Source: a virus. From it: a DNA stretch of 64,000 nt. The DNA is taken from positions 96,001-160,000 of IMG/VR virus record IMGVR_UViG_3300023184_000029. One strand, given 5' to 3'. A program made the translations under genes and the position numbers. The notes under the pieces are model-generated. The model did not search any database. It saw only the letters and a list, made by a program, of their open reading frames with translations, and was not told the DNA's origin. Shown here in pieces: positions 47,169 to 55,569 of the stretch (position 1 is the first letter of the stretch; each line of letters opens with the position of its first letter).

Positions 47169-48158
47169 ATGTTTTTAAATGAAGCCAATATACCTATTAA
47201 TGTTTGTACAGATGGTACACTGATCAAATTTTCTCCGGTGTCATGCACAGGATCAGGAGCGAATATTAAACCAGCAGATATTTATTTGATAGAATTTTAT
47301 ACAGAAACGACTATTCCTTCCGGAAATATTGTTAATATATCTCCATCAGGTTATACAATCTCTTCTACCAAATCATTTGTGCCTATGTGTGCTGTTAATA
47401 TTCAATCAAAGTATCAAGAAGGTAGTCAAACATTAATAAAATTAATTATCAAAGATCTATATGAAAATACTTTAAAAACAGAGTATAAAAAATTGGTCTG
47501 TTCCTCAACCTCTTCTTCAGTTTGTATTAAACCAGAAGACGAGCCCATTACTAATTTATATATAGAACTTAATGCTCAAAATGATTGGGAGTATAAATAT
47601 AATGGATATTCAATTGCTAAATTTGTACCAGCATCTGTACCATCCACTATAAAGATAAAATTGCCTCGTAAAGATATTGCATATTTACCACCAAAAGGAC
47701 AAAATGACCAATTTAAAATTATTTTAGACACTTCCAAACTATTACAGTATAATATTACAGCCACTTCTATAAGAGGTACTGTTGGAGGTAATGCTTCTTT
47801 AAGTTCAGATAGTGCTGGAAACCAGATTATTATTGTAGATGCTTTAAATCGTCCATTAGAGCTTATGGTTAATCTACAGATAGGATCTGTTACTAACACT
47901 ACTACTGGTGGACAAACAGCAACCTTGCCAATATCACTAAAACAAGTTTCTAAAAATATAGGCTATAATTCCTCTAAAGCTGCCCCAATTCCTGGTATTA
48001 GTATTATAAACTTACGAAATAATAGTAGTCAAACTTATTTGGGACAATTAATATATAATCCACAGACCTACTTATTAAATGATAAAATAATAGTTATTTA
48101 TAATACAAATACTATTAATGGAGTACTACAAAGTCCCCTATTATTGCTAAATTCCTGA
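47169..48158 (+). CDS. Beta-rich virion/appendage protein
   Basis: 329 aa; shares a Cys-terminated beta module with neighbours. Confidence 0.6.
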   Translation: MFLNEANIPINVCTDGTLIKFSPVSCTGSGANIKPADIYLIEFYTETTIPSGNIVNISPSGYTISSTKSFVPMCAVNIQSKYQEGSQTLIKLIIKDLYENTLKTEYKKLVCSSTSSSVCIKPEDEPITNLYIELNAQNDWEYKYNGYSIAKFVPASVPSTIKIKLPRKDIAYLPPKGQNDQFKIILDTSKLLQYNITATSIRGTVGGNASLSSDSAGNQIIIVDALNRPLELMVNLQIGSVTNTTTGGQTATLPISLKQVSKNIGYNSSKAAPIPGISIINLRNNSSQTYLGQLIYNPQTYLLNDKIIVIYNTNTINGVLQSPLLLLNS

Positions 48159-48169
48159 TTTGAAATTGT

Positions 48170-48176
48170 GGTGTAT
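48170..48176 (+). promoter_or_regulatory. Putative late promoter GGTGTAT
   Basis: 35 nt before ATG 48211. Confidence 0.55.
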
Positions 48177-48210
48177 ATCTTATTATAAAAGTAAACCTGA
48201 AGGCTATAAA

Positions 48211-49413
48211 ATGAATATTATATCGGAATTTTCTATAGAAAAGTATAATGGAAAGCTACCTTTTAATTTGATGGTGGCTCCTAGTGGATATATACCAGAT
48301 CCTAATAATCCTTCCTCGAATATAGTAAATCCGTTATTTGTTCAGTATAATGAATTCATCAATGGTATTTCTACTATTTATAGTAATCAAACTGTTAATG
48401 GTTCTATACCGGTTTTCTGGACTATTCCTAGTGGCGAAAGATATGTTCCTAGTAGTGATTCATCATTAACACAATTATCTTCTGATGAGTCATATTATTT
48501 TATAGCAAGATCATCTTATGTATTACCTCTTACAATACCGGCTATAGGAGGATCTCTTCCGGATGAAAATGCCATAGGCCCGTGTATAAAAGATGTTAAT
48601 TGTTGTCCTCCTATTTCTTGTTTTATCAATGGAGATCTTAGTAAAGCCAACAACAAATTTATGAACGACGGACTAGGAGCTTATCAGATCACCATGTCTG
48701 GAAATAAGCATACTTTATCCATTCTGGTTAGTGGTTTGATACCACAAGAAGAATATAATTATGTTTTATCTAAAGCAGCTGGTAACTGGGACAGCTATAT
48801 TGCTCCATCTAGTGGTATAATTAAACCTACAAAAGATCTTTCTCTTATAGAAGCGCAGTTTTATTTTGATCCTTTATATGTTGGTATTGGGGAGGGAAGT
48901 TATAGTATATACAACATGCCTCCGGTTATTTTTAATATTTTTGATTTTAATCTAACTCCTTCATATGAAGGTTGTAATGTTTTTACTCAAGATATTAGTT
49001 TTATATGTAATAGTTGTATTACACAGCCTACTCCTAGTCCAACCTCAACTCCTACTAGGACTCCTACGCCTACACAATCAGCTACTCCTGGTCCTACAGC
49101 TACGCCCGGTCCTACAGCTACTCCTACTCCTACGCCCGGTCCTACAGCTACTCCTGTAGTATATACCAATAATCTTACAGGTGGTCAAAATGCAGCAGGG
49201 GTAACTTTTGCTAATGGTAGTCTTGGTACTTTTGCTTTTAATAGTTTATCAGGAGGGACTCTACCTTTTATAATGAAATTATTTATAGGAGGTAATCAAG
49301 TTGGACAGGTAACAGCCTTTAGTAACTATTCAGGACAAAACTTTAGATATACATCTTCTGGTGGACAATCATATACTAGTACATTTGCCGAAGGCAATGT
49401 AAGCTTATCGTAA
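48211..49413 (+). CDS. Modular appendage protein with PT linker (probable start ATG 48211)
   Basis: Paralogous modules to 49427..50896; PTPSPTSTPTRTPTP linker. Confidence 0.7.
   Translation: MNIISEFSIEKYNGKLPFNLMVAPSGYIPDPNNPSSNIVNPLFVQYNEFINGISTIYSNQTVNGSIPVFWTIPSGERYVPSSDSSLTQLSSDESYYFIARSSYVLPLTIPAIGGSLPDENAIGPCIKDVNCCPPISCFINGDLSKANNKFMNDGLGAYQITMSGNKHTLSILVSGLIPQEEYNYVLSKAAGNWDSYIAPSSGIIKPTKDLSLIEAQFYFDPLYVGIGEGSYSIYNMPPVIFNIFDFNLTPSYEGCNVFTQDISFICNSCITQPTPSPTSTPTRTPTPTQSATPGPTATPGPTATPTPTPGPTATPVVYTNNLTGGQNAAGVTFANGSLGTFAFNSLSGGTLPFIMKLFIGGNQVGQVTAFSNYSGQNFRYTSSGGQSYTSTFAEGNVSLS
49025..49155 (+). repeat. Pro-Thr coding repeats (others near 21691-21744, 50530-50596, 52475-52565, 52850-52955, 54010-54090)
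   Basis: ACTCCT/CCTACA arrays encoding (PT)n linkers. Confidence 0.85.
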
Positions 49414-49426
49414 ATAGGAAAAACTT

Positions 49427-50896
49427 ATGTCTAAAACAATCACTAAACAAATAGAACTAGTACAATTTTTAACAGATAATAAAAATATTGTTGATTTACC
49501 AGGGTATTTAAATTTAAAGTTAATATATAGAGTATCATCAAATGGAACTTACTATGAAGGCTGGGATAGTAGTTCAGTATTTAATGATTTCGATAGTTTA
49601 GAAAAATATAAATTTTATCTTATTGTTAGTAAAACTACAAACTATACTTTATATAGCGAGCCTGATCAATCTCCTACTATAAATCCCCCACTACCCACAT
49701 GTCCAACCATAGCCGTTACTCCTACTCCGATTGAGAATTGTAGTATGCAATTAGCTATTAATGGAGATGCTAGTAAAAAAACAGGAGCTTATGTTTTTGA
49801 TGGCCTTGATCACAGAACAATAACTCTATCTGGACAGGGAAACAATGAACATAGACTATCAGTTATGGTAACGGGCGTTTTACCCGGTAGAGCATATAGC
49901 TATAATATTACAGAAGTTGATAGCAATGCAGATTATATATTGTCTGTATCCAGTGGTACATTTTCTCCTAGTAATAAACACCATATTATTAATACTAAAT
50001 TTTATTTTGAAAATAATGAGAATAATAAAGAAACATTTGGATATTGCGGAACGACCGAAAATTCTTGTCCACCATCTAAACCATATGTATTATTTAATAT
50101 TTATATTAGTGGACCAAATGGCTTGTCGTCTACATGTTATGCTATTAATGAAAGTATAGATATTTTATGTAATGATTGTTTATCTTTTTGTTGTGATGTT
50201 GCTGTTCCAACAGCTTCTTTTAGTCCGGCAAATATGATAGTACCCGCTGGTAGATGTGATTTAAATAATCCTGTTGATGTTAATATTACAAATGGACAAC
50301 CAGGATATAATTACAATTATTTATTTAGTAGCGATAATCCTGATATAACAATAAGTCCTGTTAGCGGAATATTTTCTGTTGGTTCTACAGGAAGTGCAAA
50401 TTTTTCTACCCTGGTAAATGTTAATGATAATTCACCGTCTATTATCAAGGTTACAGTTACCGATCCTATAACAAATAAGAGTAGCATGGATTTCTTAACA
50501 ATTACTTGTACTAATATCATAGTACCTTCTACCCCAATACCATCAAGTCCACCAACAACTCCGGTTCCAACCCCGGTTCCAACCCCGGTCCCAACATCAT
50601 CAGTAGCATTAAATACAACTATTACTGCTAATGTAGATTTGGGAGGATTTTTCCAAGGAACATCTTCTGGTATAACATTTGTTGCTGGTTCAAGAAATAG
50701 TAGATTCTCATTTAATGCTCAGAACTCCCCTAGCCAACTTCCTGCCGTTATGGAAATACGCAAGAATGGTGTTGAAGTTGCTAATGTAACATTTTTAGGA
50801 AGCTATACTGGAACAGATTGTTCTATATTTATTAATGATGGAAGTATGACTACTCCGTTTGTTACGAAATTTATAGCTGGCATAGTGAGTATATAA
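49427..50896 (+). CDS. Modular appendage protein with PT linker (paralog)
   Basis: INGD.SK module and C-terminal GITF..GS module shared with the previous gene. Confidence 0.7.
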   Translation: MSKTITKQIELVQFLTDNKNIVDLPGYLNLKLIYRVSSNGTYYEGWDSSSVFNDFDSLEKYKFYLIVSKTTNYTLYSEPDQSPTINPPLPTCPTIAVTPTPIENCSMQLAINGDASKKTGAYVFDGLDHRTITLSGQGNNEHRLSVMVTGVLPGRAYSYNITEVDSNADYILSVSSGTFSPSNKHHIINTKFYFENNENNKETFGYCGTTENSCPPSKPYVLFNIYISGPNGLSSTCYAINESIDILCNDCLSFCCDVAVPTASFSPANMIVPAGRCDLNNPVDVNITNGQPGYNYNYLFSSDNPDITISPVSGIFSVGSTGSANFSTLVNVNDNSPSIIKVTVTDPITNKSSMDFLTITCTNIIVPSTPIPSSPPTTPVPTPVPTPVPTSSVALNTTITANVDLGGFFQGTSSGITFVAGSRNSRFSFNAQNSPSQLPAVMEIRKNGVEVANVTFLGSYTGTDCSIFINDGSMTTPFVTKFIAGIVSI

Positions 50897-50899
50897 ATT

Positions 50900-53800
50900 A
50901 TGAGTATAAAAGTTAATGTTACATTTTTAGATAAGGGTATTAATATATTCTCAACGTGGATGTCACCGAACGGTGGTCAGCAGATCAGTGTTCAGCCCCA
51001 ATATATAGATATCAAGACAGAGACAGGAACCCTATTAACCAAAATCCAGAACGGTACTAATTATTCTGGACAAACTGGAGTTCGTCTTAGATGTGATATT
51101 TATTACTTTCTTTTATCAGGAACAACAACCTTACAAGACTATCTGTCTTTTAATTTTATATTATATGGATATGCAAACCCTTTTTATTATTATATTAATA
51201 CTTCTCCTTCGGATGTTGATAATCTTACTGATATAAACAATACTATAACTATAGTAGGCAATAAAATACTTGAATATAGTGGCGACGGCATACCCATATC
51301 TAATGGTTCTTTGAGGATATCTGTACCAGATATTTATAAAACAACAACGTCGCCAGCAGAACTAATTTTTCCAAGAACTATCAATGGGCTGATCGTTAAC
51401 AATATTGGAAGAAGAAGTAATTCTGTTCCCTCGCTAGCAAAAGACCCGCCCTATAATCTCAGTCCTATGTACTATGGTAAAGGCCCCACAGAAGATAGAC
51501 AAACGTTTGTGCCAGTTTTTGATATTGCAAATACAACAACTATTAAAATACCATATAATATTCGAACAATAGGACAAAGTGTATTTTGTCCAGAAAGTTT
51601 TACACGCGGAATTAATCCTCCTGGTTTACTTTTTGGATTGAACCTTAATTCTGATAAGCTTAAAAGAGTAGAATTGCCTGATAGCTTACAGACTATAGAT
51701 ACTGAAGCATTTTTTAAGTGTAAAAATCTAGATACTATTAATTTTCCATCTTCTTTAAAGTATATTGGGAATTATTCTTTTTCACAAACCAAATTATCTA
51801 ATATCGATCTATCATTATGCAATGATTTGAGAGATCTTAAATTTGCAGCCTTTAGCGATTGCAACTCAGGCCCACTAAATAATATAATTTTGCCTTCTGG
51901 TGTTAATTCATATATTGATTCACCAGCTATTTTTGATAGATCTAATTATATTACTAATATTAGTGTTCAGGGTACAGGAAAATACTTCTCCAATAACAAT
52001 ACTATCTATGCAACAATTAACCCTAATTCTGCATTAGCTCCTCTTTTAAATACTACCAGCGCAGCTCCTGTTATATCTATAAATACTAATTTAACTATTC
52101 CTCCACAGGTCGGAAATTATGTTATTGATAATATACTAGCCAACTTTTATCCAGAGGGATACTCTTTTACCAAATTAAATATATCCGAAAGCTATATTAG
52201 AATATTGCTACCCTCAAGCCTAGAAGCATATAATAGCACATCTAATATTGTTATGCCTTCTTCTTTAGTAGATGTGCGTGGGGATATTTTTCGAAGAAAT
52301 CCCTATTCTACTGTCTCTTATGCAAGACCTAGCAGTATTTATTTTCTTGGGAATCAACCAGCTTTTGATAGCAACATACCTAATAGTTTGTCGTATGATG
52401 CAAAATTTTATAGACTCTCCAATAAAACATGGAATTCTTCTAATATTTATGGTATACCAGTAGTTATAAGTGTTCCTCCTCCAACACCCACACTTCCTCC
52501 TCCAACACCAACAGCCACACCCATCCCGCCAACACCAACACCCACAATTCCTCCGACCCCTCCCGGTGTTGTACAAAATTTTACAACAACTTCTGTGGCG
52601 GGAGGTATTAGTTGTTCTTGGAGTGCTCCTAGTAGTGCTGGAAATGCCGGAGCAAGAATAATATCTTATATATTACAAGTTAGAAACCCGTCTAATATAG
52701 ACGATCTTAATAATTTAAATTATAGCACATCATCTACTTCTTTTTCTTTCTCTTTTCCAGCACTTAGTGTTATTGGTTATAATGTTTCTATAGCTGCTGT
52801 TAATTCAAACAATTTGGTATCAAATTATTTAACTTTTTTCTTAAATGAAACCCCACCACTACCAAGTCCCACAAACACCCCTGTTCCAACAGCTACTCCT
52901 ACTAGTACTCCTGGTCCTACTACTAGTCCTACACCAACAGCAACTTTGCCGCCTTTAGCACTACAAGAATATCTTACGTTTACCATTCCCAATGGCCCTA
53001 AGATCATAGATATGACATGCTCAGATGATCCTTATGATATATCATTGATTGCTGGAGATTCATTCAATAATGGTATATGGACAGAAGAGGTTTATATAAA
53101 GGATATTGATACATGGACAAAGCCTCTTATGCCTCCATCAGATGGTAGTATTAGATATTCTAGTATTTCTTCTTTTAATAATAATAGCGGCTTGCTCATT
53201 GCTGGTACTAAGCCTAGTGGTGGTTTTCCTTACTCATATAATAGTCCAGCTCCTGTTTATCTAACAGCAGATAAAGGAAATAATTGGAAAAATATAGGAT
53301 CTAATACTAGATGGTTGCAGGTTGTTAGTTCTAGTAGTGGTGCTGTTGTAGCGGCACTCAGTATGTCTTCTTCTCCGTCTGAGCTTTATGTATATACGGC
53401 TACAGGAGATCCAAATGATCTAGTTAATACTATTGGTGATTTGACCCTTAAAAAAACTTTCACATTGTTCAGTATTAATCTGGCTTCATCTAAAATATGT
53501 ATTTCTGATGATGGGACTAAAATTGTGGTTGCTGTATATGGAGGAGCAGTATGGTTATCTGAAGATTCTGGAGAAAATTGGACATCAAAATTTGTAAATG
53601 CTGGTTGGACTCAATTAGCCTGTTCTAGTGATTGTTCCAAAATTGCTGCTTGGGATGATGGAAATTACCGTTTATTTTTATCAAATAATACAGGAAATAC
53701 ATATAGCATTATTAGTAGTAATAAAATTAAAGGAAATTATCCTCATAACATAAGAATGGATGTTGATTTAGGTAGATGCACTCGTAGATTATCTATGAGT

Positions 53801-55543
53801 AAAAATGGTCAGAATCTTGTATTATTGGTATTTGATTCTAGTGGTAACTATGCTATTTTTTATTCCAGAGACGGAGGGAATAATTGGTTTTTATATAAAC
53901 AGTATACCTTTGGAGGTGGTATTGTCAAATTGGATAATATATTATATTCTGGTGATGGATCTACTATTTTCTATGCACGGGGAGCATCTTTTTATGAAAT
54001 AAGTACTGCTCGTGCTACTCCTACCCCAACCCCTACTCGTACTCCTACTCCTACCCCAACCCCAACCTCTACTCCTGGTCCTACTCCTACTTTAAATATT
54101 CAGTCTATAAATATATCTAACAATATAGAATTATTATCATATCCAGGAACACCAACTTATATATCTTCGTTACCAGGAGTAGTTTCTAATAATGTTCAGT
54201 CTATAATTTCTATAAAGAATAATAGTGTTTCTTCCTGGAGGAAAAATAGTAGCTTTAATAGCCTTATTCTGCTAGACGGAGCTTCTACTACACAAAGTCA
54301 AGGATATTTAGTTGAAAGTAATGGATCGCCATATGTTTTTTATAATGGGCCGATAATAGATCAGACAACAATCAATATACAACCAGGAAATAATATAGTA
54401 AAAATTAAAATGGGAGCTAAAAATAATAGTATTAATAATAAATATTTTCTGGGAAATGATGGTCGTGGAGGTCCTGGTGACATATTCTTAACTAGTGCGA
54501 TCTCTATTGAAAACGGTAGTCCAAAAAGCTGGCGATCTAATAGCTCTTTCAATAGCTTAAAATATTTAGAGAATGGAAAGACATATTTACTTCAGAGCAG
54601 ATCAGATTTCCCTAGTAGTATTACTACTCTTTATAGATTTTTAACAAATTCTGCTAATATAGGATCACCAAGCAATAACTCTAGAGTTGGATCTAGTGGT
54701 AGAAGCAGTTATTATGGAACTTATGATCAAACTGGTACGATATCTAGTGATATTGTATCTCTTGGAAGTCAGCATTACTATGTGAATGTAGCTGATGGGA
54801 ATTCTCCTTATTCTTTTATTTTCGACAGTCGTCCTGTTGTAAACGATCAAGCTCGTTCTACTAATTTGCGTATTGCTGGAAGTATTGAAGACCCATTTAC
54901 AGAATTTGTATTTGTCGGAGATGTAGGCAATACTGGTATAGTGGAAAATATGTCAAATATGGTAAATTATAGAGGCGATGTTAATTATACTTATTATATA
55001 CAAAAATACAAATTAACAGTAGCAGAATATTGTGTATTCTTGAATAGTATCTATAAGAGTGGTGAGGTTTTTTATCAAGGAAAACAATATTTTTTCAGTG
55101 ACACATTAGACCCATTTGCTCCTGGAGAAGTGATTCGTGCATTTTCTTCTTTTAAACGTACAGGAATTAAAGGAGCTTATGTATATGAACCAGATAACCT
55201 TAACAATGCAGATAATACTATGATCTGGAGTACTAGTACAACAAATAATACTTCTTCTGAGTTTTTTCAAGTAGCAGCTTTGATTAATTGGTTAGATAAT
55301 GGCAAAAATGATGGAGATTTAATAAGCGTACTCAATGGAGTTTATGACCTAACATCTTCTAATCCTGTCAAACAAAATATAAATCCAGTAACAAATTTAC
55401 CACCTAAATTTTGGATCCCTACTGCTAATGAATGGATCAAAGCAGGTTTTTACAAAGGAAATGGTACCAATTCTGGATACTGGAAGACTAGTGTTATGAG
55501 CGACACTAAAACTACTTTAGACCCAGGATATTTAGACTCTTAG
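50900..55543 (+). CDS. Multidomain adhesin: BspA-type LRR, FN3, BNR/Asp-box propeller, permuted FGE-like C-terminus
   Basis: LKRVELPDSLQTIDTEAFFKCKNL; four Asp-boxes (TADKGNNW, SEDSGENW, SNNTGNTY, SRDGGNNW); SSYYGTYDQ...FVFVGDVGN...WIPTANEWIKA. Confidence 0.82.
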   Translation: MSIKVNVTFLDKGINIFSTWMSPNGGQQISVQPQYIDIKTETGTLLTKIQNGTNYSGQTGVRLRCDIYYFLLSGTTTLQDYLSFNFILYGYANPFYYYINTSPSDVDNLTDINNTITIVGNKILEYSGDGIPISNGSLRISVPDIYKTTTSPAELIFPRTINGLIVNNIGRRSNSVPSLAKDPPYNLSPMYYGKGPTEDRQTFVPVFDIANTTTIKIPYNIRTIGQSVFCPESFTRGINPPGLLFGLNLNSDKLKRVELPDSLQTIDTEAFFKCKNLDTINFPSSLKYIGNYSFSQTKLSNIDLSLCNDLRDLKFAAFSDCNSGPLNNIILPSGVNSYIDSPAIFDRSNYITNISVQGTGKYFSNNNTIYATINPNSALAPLLNTTSAAPVISINTNLTIPPQVGNYVIDNILANFYPEGYSFTKLNISESYIRILLPSSLEAYNSTSNIVMPSSLVDVRGDIFRRNPYSTVSYARPSSIYFLGNQPAFDSNIPNSLSYDAKFYRLSNKTWNSSNIYGIPVVISVPPPTPTLPPPTPTATPIPPTPTPTIPPTPPGVVQNFTTTSVAGGISCSWSAPSSAGNAGARIISYILQVRNPSNIDDLNNLNYSTSSTSFSFSFPALSVIGYNVSIAAVNSNNLVSNYLTFFLNETPPLPSPTNTPVPTATPTSTPGPTTSPTPTATLPPLALQEYLTFTIPNGPKIIDMTCSDDPYDISLIAGDSFNNGIWTEEVYIKDIDTWTKPLMPPSDGSIRYSSISSFNNNSGLLIAGTKPSGGFPYSYNSPAPVYLTADKGNNWKNIGSNTRWLQVVSSSSGAVVAALSMSSSPSELYVYTATGDPNDLVNTIGDLTLKKTFTLFSINLASSKICISDDGTKIVVAVYGGAVWLSEDSGENWTSKFVNAGWTQLACSSDCSKIAAWDDGNYRLFLSNNTGNTYSIISSNKIKGNYPHNIRMDVDLGRCTRRLSMSKNGQNLVLLVFDSSGNYAIFYSRDGGNNWFLYKQYTFGGGIVKLDNILYSGDGSTIFYARGASFYEISTARATPTPTPTRTPTPTPTPTSTPGPTPTLNIQSINISNNIELLSYPGTPTYISSLPGVVSNNVQSIISIKNNSVSSWRKNSSFNSLILLDGASTTQSQGYLVESNGSPYVFYNGPIIDQTTINIQPGNNIVKIKMGAKNNSINNKYFLGNDGRGGPGDIFLTSAISIENGSPKSWRSNSSFNSLKYLENGKTYLLQSRSDFPSSITTLYRFLTNSANIGSPSNNSRVGSSGRSSYYGTYDQTGTISSDIVSLGSQHYYVNVADGNSPYSFIFDSRPVVNDQARSTNLRIAGSIEDPFTEFVFVGDVGNTGIVENMSNMVNYRGDVNYTYYIQKYKLTVAEYCVFLNSIYKSGEVFYQGKQYFFSDTLDPFAPGEVIRAFSSFKRTGIKGAYVYEPDNLNNADNTMIWSTSTTNNTSSEFFQVAALINWLDNGKNDGDLISVLNGVYDLTSSNPVKQNINPVTNLPPKFWIPTANEWIKAGFYKGNGTNSGYWKTSVMSDTKTTLDPGYLDS

Positions 55544-55569
55544 AATAACCAATAATTAGGATATAATTT

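Noticed and set aside
13391-55543. Diversity-generating retroelement, suggested by Mtd-N and C-type lectin fold domains
   Set aside because: No reverse transcriptase and no near-identical TR/VR pair differing at adenines noticed in this window; the GFR ends are internal. It could still lie elsewhere in the genome.
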